Positions 54,873 to 64,000 of a stretch of 64,000 nt of DNA are shown piece by piece. The translations under genes and the position numbers were made by a program. Numbering within the stretch: the first letter of the stretch is position 1; every line of letters begins with the position of its first letter. The DNA comes from the human T2T-CHM13v2.0 reference genome, Homo sapiens: assembly GCF_009914755.1 (NCBI RefSeq), contig NC_060945.1. The stretch is one strand, 5' to 3'. The notes under the pieces are model-generated. The model ran no database searches and was not told the DNA's origin. It saw only the letters and a program-made list of their open reading frames with translations.

Positions 54873-55991
54873 TCTTAAATGCACATGTGACACCATTATT
54901 TTTAAGCATTTGACATAGTACTAGTCATGGATGAGATTGGGGGATCTGGTCTTCTGCATGGGCAAATTAGATTATTGCCTACTTGCCTAAAGAGGTATTT
55001 CTAGAAACTTCCATTCAGAAAGAAAGCTCCTGCCGTGTGTTCACTCTATTTAAATGATGACTAAACCCTTTAATCCACTGCGTTAGAGCTTACTCTGTGA
55101 ATACCTGGAAAGGGTATCATAGTCATACAGATCCACTTGCAAGAGAGTGTCAAAGTAGATGATCAAGGCAGCAGATGCTTTTGTTGTGATCAGCATTTGA
55201 TAGAGGAGAAGGCATCAGATCACAGTGGGAAAAGGATGCAGAAAGCAAAGACCAGAGGTACCAAAAATCAGATTCACTTAATACAAAATTTTGCTAAGTA
55301 TGAGCACCATTGAGCATTGAAATATGTAAAAACAGAATGCACAGCATTTGAGAATGCTGTTAAAACTCACAGTGCTAACATGGAAAATAGCCCTATTTGT
55401 GACCCCTTTTTAAATTGTAAGGGAGTGAGCAGAGAGGTCAGCTTGGGTTAAGATAAGACAGGCAGACCCCTCGACAGCTGAAGGCATGGGAGCACAGGAA
55501 GTCTGGAGATTGGGGCTGACATAGGGAAGAAGATACTCCAGGAAGAATGAATGCAAGAGCACCTTGCCTAGTTTGAATTTTCCTTAGAAATGTCTCATTG
55601 TCTGGACCCAAGATGTGGCTTATATTGAAGTTATTTATCTAAATTCTCCTCTCCTCCACTGGATTCTAGATTTTTGTGGGCAGTTCCTGGTCTTAAACAT
55701 TAATATTTCTGCTGATGTGCCTAGCACAGGATCTGTCACAATAGGAGAATGGTAAAATAAGTGAGTCCATGCCAAAGGAAACCTGATGTTCATTAGGCCT
55801 GGTGTAGTATTTCTGCCACTCTGTGTGGCTGTGCCTCAAGAAGGTCATCCCAATATGGACAGTCATTCACACCTGCCTCTTTAGACAGCCTGTAGGAGGG
55901 AAAGAGCTGGGCACCATCATGCCAAGTCCTTGAAGACTTTCAACATGAAGGAGCTAAAATTCCCAAGTATAATAGAATATGGCTTATAAAG

Positions 55992-56570
55992 GTATATTAA
56001 TATTCTGTGCTGCAAAACAGATAACAACAAGTTTAGAGGCTTAAAACAACATCCATTCATTTTCTCAATTGCTGTGGTTCAATAGGCCAAACCCAGCTTA
56101 GCTGGGTCCTCTGATTAGAGTCACACAACACTGTAATGAAGCATTGACTGGGCTGTGTTCTCACTGGAAAGCTGGACTGGGGAAGGATCCACTTCCAAGC
56201 TCACACAGGTGGTTGGCAGAATTCATCTCCTTGTGGTTGTAGAAATGAGGGCTCCAGTTCCTTGCTAGCTCTTGGCTGGGGACTTCCACAGCTCCTAGAG
56301 TCACCCATAGTTCTCTGCCATGTGGTCTTCTCTATAGGCAGATTGATTCCACAACATGACGTATTGCTTCTTCGAGGCCCATAGGAGAGCAAGAGTGAGT
56401 CTGGAATTTTATATAACACAATGCAGTCGCAAAGGAGCTATCCCAGCACCTTTGCCATATTCTATTGACTAGATGCAAGTCCCACCCAAACTCAGTGGGA
56501 GGGAATTGCACAAAGGCATGACAGCAGGAAACAGGGATAATTGGGTTTTATCTTAGAATCTGTCTACCAT
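55992..56570 (-). mobile_element. MLT1F-like solo LTR
   Basis: ggaaggatccacttccaagctcacacaggtggttggcagaattcatctccttgtggttgtag. Confidence 0.8.
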
Positions 56571-58329
56571 GTGAGAAAATAAAATTTAAAATAAAATTCA
56601 GCAATTCTCCCTTGAGTAGCTTCTCTGAAGCTGTTCAGAAGAGATTTAGCAAGCATCACTTGGCAACAATTCTGATTTCCCCACTGGATGGCAAAGCCAA
56701 AGGGAAAAGAATGCCCTACAGTATAAATTTCCCCCCTTTTCATGCAGTGGTAGCCTTGCAATAGGTCTGTAGGCCAGAGAGCATTAGAAACCAATCTCAT
56801 TTAACACTTTGACCTACTGCCTAAACACAGTGTCTAATTAAAGAAAGGGTGTGTGGAAGAGGGATGAAAGTCCAATCACTTCAGAAACCCTGGATTGAAA
56901 TTCTAGAGTATGTATTCCCAACCTTCTGACATTCCTGGGCAGGACCAAATGCCTTTACCTTGACATTTATGCATAGCTTACATCTTCTTTTATAATGAAG
57001 GGTAACACCTAGAACCTTCTGCCCCTGGAAACCTGGTATGTCTTTCCTTCACCCATTCTGACCAATTTCTTTTGGATTTTCCTTGGAATTTTGTTCTGAC
57101 CTCATGAGAAGTAGATTTGTTTTGTTTCAGTGGTGTTTGCCCAGACCCTATCCTTATCTACTGTTTGACTAAGCACAAAATGTTTTCTTTATCAGGTAAA
57201 TGTAATTAAGAGGCCAGTCACTCAGCAAACTCAATCATTTCTGGCTGAAGGCTAAAAATAGAGGAAGAAAAAAATTCTTACAGGCCCTAAAATAGAGGAA
57301 GAAAAAAAGAGGAAGAAAAAAATTCTACAAGGAAGCAAAAGTGAATCACATTCTAAACTTCTCTGTGCAGTGACCCTTTAGTGAAGGAGGAAGGAGCCAC
57401 TATTTCTACCTACTTAGCAGCAAGAGATTCTAAGTTAGCTCCTTTTCCTCCTTGAACTCCATCCCCATAAAAGGGTTATTTGAGTTTACTGTACAAATTA
57501 GAATTGTTCCTTCTCCCCATCTCCCACCCTCAATTGCCCTCTGTCCCTCAGCAGTGCCACAAATGAAGATGTGCATCTGGCTTGCTGCCCACCATAACCC
57601 CTGCATTGTTTTCTTCTGATTCTCACAGTAGTCACTTGCAATTGTCTTTCATCCTGTTGCATATCAGTTGTATGGTTCTTTTCTTACTTTGATCCTTATT
57701 CTAAAAAACAATCACGTATTTCCTCAATTTTGACAGCATGGACTTTAAGCCTTGTAAAGGTCTTTGAAGATCTCAACCCCCTCATCTTACAGTTAAGAGT
57801 AGTGGTGATGAAGCTATTGAATCATTCATCAAGAGTCATAGTGACTTTTACCAGGAGTGGAAGAGATCGCACATGAATTTTTTAATTGATTATACACTAT
57901 ATTGGCTTCATGGGAGGGTACAATAGAGACCTGGTCCCAAAGTAGGATCCCTGGATTGCCAGATTTGTTGTGACTGCATTATAAGAAGACACTGTCAAGT
58001 CTCAGAAAAACCTGGAAGATGCCATAGTCAGGGAGACCCCTCTGGGGCCCAATCACTGTCCCCCACACTTGCATCACAGTCCCCTCAACCTACATCATGT
58101 ACATGTCGCCATCTTTCTTCTTTTCCTAGAACCCAGGCTTTCTTGCAATACCAGTGCCACACTCCTCCATCTACCAACTCTGCTCCCCAATCTCTGATAT
58201 CCTAGTGAGTTCATTAGGTCCACATTCTACCACTGCCCCTCTTTCTTAACTTGAAACACCACCTTTTAGCCATGCCTCTACCATCTGCTGCCTGATAATT
58301 CCTGTTCCCTGTGCACCACATGACTATCA

Positions 58330-58590
58330 GATCTATCATTTATGGAATGCCTACCAGGTGCCCAGCATTGTGCTTGGTATTTATCATCACTAATTTATTT
58401 ATTACTAATTTAATTGCCACCAAAACCTTATGAAAATGGATATTATCCCCATTCTAGACATGAGGAGACTGAAGTTCAGAAAGATTAATGACTTGTTCAC
58501 ACTCATCCATTTGTTGTGGTGCCACCAGGATTTGAATCCAAGTCTGACTCTGGAATCCATGGTCTCTCTACTGCCCCAACACAGCATCCC
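58330..58590 (-). mobile_element. MIR
   Basis: tattatccccattctagacatgaggagactgaagttcagaaag...ccaggatttgaatccaagtctg. Confidence 0.75.
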
Positions 58591-58712
58591 AGTATGCCTT
58601 GAATTTTCTGGAACATTACTGATTTCAAACACTTGTCCCTTAGGACTCCTGAGTGTACACACACATATGTCAGATTATTTATTCTCAATTATGTTTAGAA
58701 AAGAGAGTACCT

Positions 58713-59004
58713 GGCAGGGGACAGTGGCTCATGTCTGTAATCCCAGCACTTTGGGAGGCGGAGGTGGACAGATCACCTGAGGCCAGGAGTTTGAGACCAG
58801 CCTGGCCAACATGGTAAGACCCCATCTCTACTAAAAATACAGAAATTAGCTGAGTGTGGAAATGTGTGCCTATAATTCCAGCTACTCGGGAAGCTGAGGC
58901 AGAAGAACCTCTTGAACCCAGAAGGCAGAGGTTGCAGTGAGCTGAGATCACGCTACTACACTTCAGTGTGGGAAACAGAGAGACCGTGTCTCAGAAAAGA
59001 AAAA
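58713..59004 (+). mobile_element. AluS/J, full length
   Basis: Dimeric Alu; TSD agaaaagagagt at 58697-58708 and 59005-59016. Confidence 0.93.
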
Positions 59005-60104
59005 AGAAAAGAGAGTGGCCATATCTATGTATAAAACTAGTGACACACAATTATTCTGCCTTTGCTTTAGTGCACACATACACTCAGAAATACGCGTGCA
59101 TATGTGTAATACATTTCATATTTTGAACAAGCAGATATTTCAACACTAAGGAATCGTAAAAATAAACAAAGGTCTGTTTGCAAAGACTCATACCATTACT
59201 GTCATCTGTCTACCTTGCACTACAAACAATTTGAAGTCACATTGATTGTTTTCACAATTTTCTCAAATATTTAACAACTCGCATCCTTGCGGGGGATGTT
59301 GAGGAACTAGAGTGGTGTTTTCCGATTTTGTTTTTTTGGTTTTTTGGTGGGTTTGTTTTTTCGGTCTTTTTTTGTTTGTTTGTTTGTTTGTTTTTGTTTT
59401 GGTCTAATTGGCATTATATCATGTTGAAACATTTTGAGATTTTTTTGAAGTTAACTTTTTTTTTTCCTTTCATTTCTGAGTTTCACTCCCTTGTTTATCG
59501 TTTCCAGCATAATTTTTTTTTGGTATACCTCTAAGTAGTCCTTTGTGAATCTACACTGGATGTTTCCTGTTCTTTGTGTTGTTTCTAAAGAAATTGCAAT
59601 TTTCTGGGCTCTAATTAAAGTGCCCCACAGGATACTTCAGTTTTCTTCTGCTTCATGTAATATTGTGCAATTTTTTTTTATTGTGCTTTCTGCTCCTCTT
59701 TATGGATACTGAATTCTCTTCTACTGTGTTCCCTTAAATGCCCATAAGAACCATAAATGAATGTATGTTTATTATGCCTTTCAAAGTTTGAAATATAAAT
59801 GTTGGATTTCTACTCTTTTGACATCCAACACTTAACATGTAGTGATGATTGCATATTCCCAGCTAATGTGATGAGTCAATAAAGGAGGATTAGACAGTTC
59901 TGCTGATATCTACCACTAGAAATGGTGCATATAGGCAAAGGCCAAAATGAAAGAATTCTAATTTTTCTTATAGAAAAGTAATAATGTCTTCTGCTTCCAG
60001 GAAGATGTATTAGGGCATGTCAGACCAATAACACCACTGCAACAATTTTTTTTAAGCTGGATAAATTACACAACCCATATTTTTAAAGGATTGGAAAGCT
60101 ATAG

Positions 60105-60383
60105 TGCTATGGTTTGTATATGTCTCTCAGAATTCATTTGTTGAAAACTTAATCCCCATTGTGATTAATGCCATTATAAAAAGTGCTCATGTGAGTGAGT
60201 TCCCACTATTGCTCTCTTGCCCTTCCACTTCTGCCAGGTGAGAACACTGCAAGAGGGCCCTTCCCAGATGCCGGCATCCTGTTCTTAGACCATTCTCCAG
60301 AACTGTGGGAAATTACATTTCTGTTTTTATTAAATGATCCAGTCTCAGGTATTCTGCTATAGCAGAACAAATGAAATAAGACA
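60105..60383 (+). mobile_element. MSTD/MLT1A-like solo LTR with internal deletion
   Basis: tgctatggtttgtatatgtc...gtctcaggtattctgctatagcag...taagaca; flanks tatag/tatgg. Confidence 0.78.
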
Positions 60384-62772
60384 TATGGAAAAGCCAAAGA
60401 TTAGAAGAACTAAAGCCCCAGAGACAGAAGAGTTCCTTCTAGTGAGGTAGTCATTGCTGGCTGTTTTCTTCTTTTGGCATTATTTGCCAATTCTGGACAT
60501 CAGTTAAAGATTAGGCTTATCTCAAACTAAGGGATGCTCTTGGTAGGCTTTGGGAAGTCACATGTGGGTAGAGTGATGGCTTGGAAACTATTGTCATCTC
60601 CAAACAATTTCCCCATGAGACTTCTGAGTTCTCTGACAGTGCTGGGAGTGGAAAAACCTAGACACAAACACAGATTAAAATTTTCTGTAATAATCTAGTG
60701 ATTAAAAGACTAAGTCCCATTACAGGGAGAAGCCCTTCAGCAGACATGAAGCTGGCCTCCCTCTCAAGCTGCCAGCCATATTTGAGCCTACGTGCAGGAA
60801 AAATTCAAAGCCTCCAAAGGGCAAAGCATTCGAGTTGAGAAAACAGGTCCCTCAGTCAAACATCTGGGAAAGTCATGCCCAATAAAAGCAGAGCAAAATA
60901 TCCCGCAGAGGGAGGGGGCCTACATAAAAACACATGGCAGGTCTCTCAAGACATTTGCCAGATTCAATTTCTGAACTTGTACAAGGTGAAAGGCTAAGGA
61001 GCTAAGCACAAAATCTCTAAAGGGCAGAATATTCTGGGCTAAGGAGATAAACCAAAACCTAGAAGCACCATATACAAGAAACAAGGACTTGCCAGATGTG
61101 AAACAATCCTAAAATTGCAATCCAGCCTTGACCAAAAGTAATTTTAATTGGACTGAGGTGATCAGTTCCTCATAATATATGCCCACATGAGGAAATTGAA
61201 TCCTCAGCAGTGGAAGATATTATCTAGAGCACCTGAGATTTATTTATATGCAATACCTGAAATATAATTTTAAAAATTATTAGTCAGACAGTGGGATCCA
61301 TAAGTCAGAACATGTTAAAAAAAAAATAGAGGCTTCTGGTTTCAGCTCTGACAGGTAAAGAGACTAGAAGTTCTCATCCTTTACTTAAATCAAGAGAAAG
61401 CTGGAAAAATATAAATCAGTGACTTTCCTTGAACTCAACAGAAAATGGAGGTCACAGGGAAAAAGTAACATCAAAATATTGAGAAACAAACACGGAGCAT
61501 AATAGTCAAGATCTGCTTATCTGGAACAGAAGCCACTGGACTCAAAAACCGGTGGGGACATTCCTGTAGCAATTTTGATGAGCTGTTAGAGGCTAAAGTA
61601 TAGGCTAGCATGAAAGTGAGAAAGTCCTGGGAGCCACAGTCTTAGGGGATCCTCCACACATTGTGGGCTTCACTTCCTGGAACCACACTGGGTTCTCATA
61701 TTGAAGCTTTGAGAAAGATGCCCTGGCTCTGGCAGAGGAAAGGCAATCATTATGAAATGTAATAAGTCATCACAAAAAAAGGACTACTCCCTAGTGGAAA
61801 AGAATTTGCTAGTACCTTATCCTACCTGTGGGAAAGACATTTCTCTCAGTCAAGCTCCATCTGGCCTCCCTAAGGTCAAAGAGGAAAAAGCATAATCATA
61901 AAGGGTCACAGCTTCAAGGAAATAGATTAGGAATACTGCAGTCAAGAAAGACATAAGAAGGAAGTGGAAAAAGAAAGCCAAGTTACTAGAAAAAATACTA
62001 TGAAGGTCATAACCTAGAGATACAACCACACTAACACACTGAGATTTAATTATGAGATTATAGAATGCTTTCTCTTCTTCCTACCTTACCACCACAGTAA
62101 CAAGTTTCTAGTATAAAAAACAATGGATTACAGCTGAAAGAGCTGTAAAATGCAGACTTTATATAAGAAGGAATACCTAGGGAAGCTTAAAGTCAACAAG
62201 TGAGAAAAAACAATGACATTGAAGGAACCGGAAGTCTCTGGTACCTACAACTGTAGCAAACATCAAACACAGCCAGACTCCTAACCAGGTTAATGTAAAA
62301 CAGCACCACAGCCCAATTTACCTCCAGTCCTACTATCAGGTACATTATGTTCAGCTTTCAACAAAAAATTACAAGGCATACAGAAAGGCTAGAAAAAACA
62401 CAGTCTGAAAAGACAAAGAAAGATAAGAACCAGATTGATATTATATAGATGTTGAAATTATCAGACTAGGAATTTAAAATAACCATGAGTATTATGTTAA
62501 GGTCACTAACAGTAAAAAGTAACAACATACAATAATATATGGGTAATATAAACAAAGAGTGGGAAACTCTAAGAAAGGATAAAAAAGAAAAATAGAAAAA
62601 ATACTGTAAGAGAAATTAAGACCATTTGATGGGATCATCAGTTTACATGATATGGCCAATGTATTAGTGAACTTTAGTATACATCAATTAACAACTTCCT
62701 AAGCTGAAATATAAAAAGGAAAAAAATAGAAAAAATGTTACACAGAAACAGAATATCCAAAATCTGTGGGAC

Positions 62773-63640
62773 TTTAATAAAAATAAACTCAGGTTCTCCT
62801 GCTTTACTCTCAAAACACAGAACACTTCACCTCTGGGCACCAAGATGTGTGAAAAATTTTCCCCACCAACAACAAATTCTGCACATTGCACAGCAGATTT
62901 TCTGGTGGACACCAGCTGAATGCCCTCTAATTTAATGAATTTGATCTACCTGCAGGTAGTATCAGATCTCACAGGATGAGGAGTCAGTCCCACAAGATAG
63001 CCCCTACTTGAGTTGCCAATCACAAGCACAGACTGTGGCCTGTACTTCTGACCAAGAGGCAATAAATCAGGCTTTCCATAATTTATATTTTGGGTTTGAT
63101 TACTTTTCTAGAGTGCCTCGACAGAACTCAGGGAAACATTTATGTTTGTCGGTTTATTAGAAAGAATTTTAAAAGGATACAGATAAAAGGCCAGGTGGAA
63201 GAGATGCACAGGGTAAGGCAAGGGAAAAAGGGCAAGAACCTTTCATGCCTTCTCTGGGCACATCACCCTCCAGGAACCTTCATGTGTTCAGCTATCCAAA
63301 AGTCCCCCAAACCCAAGCCATTTGGGGTTTTATGAAAACTTCTTTATATAGGCATGATTGATTAAGTCATTGATTATTGTTGATCAGCTTAACTTTCAGC
63401 CCCTCTTTCCTCCTCAGAGATTAGGGGGTGGGACTGAATGTCTCAACCCTTTAATCATGTCTTAATATTGGTCTTTCCCAGTAGCCAGCCCCTATCCTGA
63501 AGCCACCTAGGGGCTGCCAGCCACCAGTCATCTTGTTAGCTTACAAATGATGCCCTATTGCTCCAGAGATTTTAAGACTGTTGGGAGCTGTATATCAGGA
63601 AACTAGGAGAAAGACAAAATATATATTTCACAATAGCACA
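62773..63640 (-). mobile_element. MER21-like LTR inserted in L1 ORF1
   Basis: cagtcccacaaga, aatatatatttcacaatagcaca; gggac duplicated at 62768-62772 and 63641-63645, and the L1 sequence resumes. Confidence 0.75.
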
Positions 63641-64000
63641 GGGACAATTTCAAAAGTGTAACATATGTGCGATTGTTATCCCATAAAAAGAAATAGAGAA
63701 CTTAGCAAAATAACTATTTAAAATAATAATGGCCAACAATTTTCTAAAATTAATGGCATACATTGAACTACAGATCAAGGAAACTCAGAGAACACCAAGC
63801 AGGAAAAATCACCCTCACCCCTCAACCAACAGCCCCACAAAAAGGATATCTAGGCATACCAAATTCAAGCTGCAGAAAACCAGAGACAAAAAATAGATCT
63901 TGAAAAAATCTGGAAGACAAGTAATGATCTTACCTATAGAGGAATGAAGATAAGAATTTCAGCAGGCTACTCATCAGAAACAATCCAAACAAGAACAGAA

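Larger units (their letters stand above)
59988..64000 (+). mobile_element. Ancient L1M 5'UTR region(s) and ORF1 remnant, continuing past the window
   Basis: ORF1-like 3' part: aattttctaaaattaatg...cagatcaaggaaactcagagaacaccaagcagg...ataagaatttcagcaggctactcatcagaaacaat; L1M-type starts near 59988 and 61330. Confidence 0.7.

Overview
Primate (catarrhine, probably hominoid) intergenic or intronic DNA, dominated by transposable elements. I found no cellular protein-coding gene, tRNA, full rRNA gene or CRISPR array, and nearly all listed ORFs are by-products of repeats. The main structures are: a decayed ERV-L pro/pol remnant (1-2002); a complete THE1 MaLR provirus (8546-10821); a nested L2>L1>L1 stack (24.4-28 kb); a Tigger1 derivative; a young, internally deleted HERV-H/LTR7 provirus with both LTRs and a target-site duplication (TSD) (35226-41156); several 5'-truncated L1PA copies, Alus and solo LTRs; and an old L1M 5'/ORF1 region at the right end. 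The best candidate for something functional is the HERV-H. Both LTRs carry AATACA in place of AATAAA, its major splice donor is a perfect CAG|GTAAGT, and a frame-preserving 42-bp VNTR lies in an ESRG-like pre-gag frame fused to Gag. Together these suggest a read-through chimeric transcript. Other notable items are a templated ~165-bp insertion inside an MLT1 LTR, two inverted L1 copies sharing non-consensus variants, and a 5S rRNA/L1 chimera. Repeat subfamily names and consensus comparisons come from recall, not from a database run, and boundaries of old elements are approximate. I cannot support a claim of a wholly new biological system from sequence alone.
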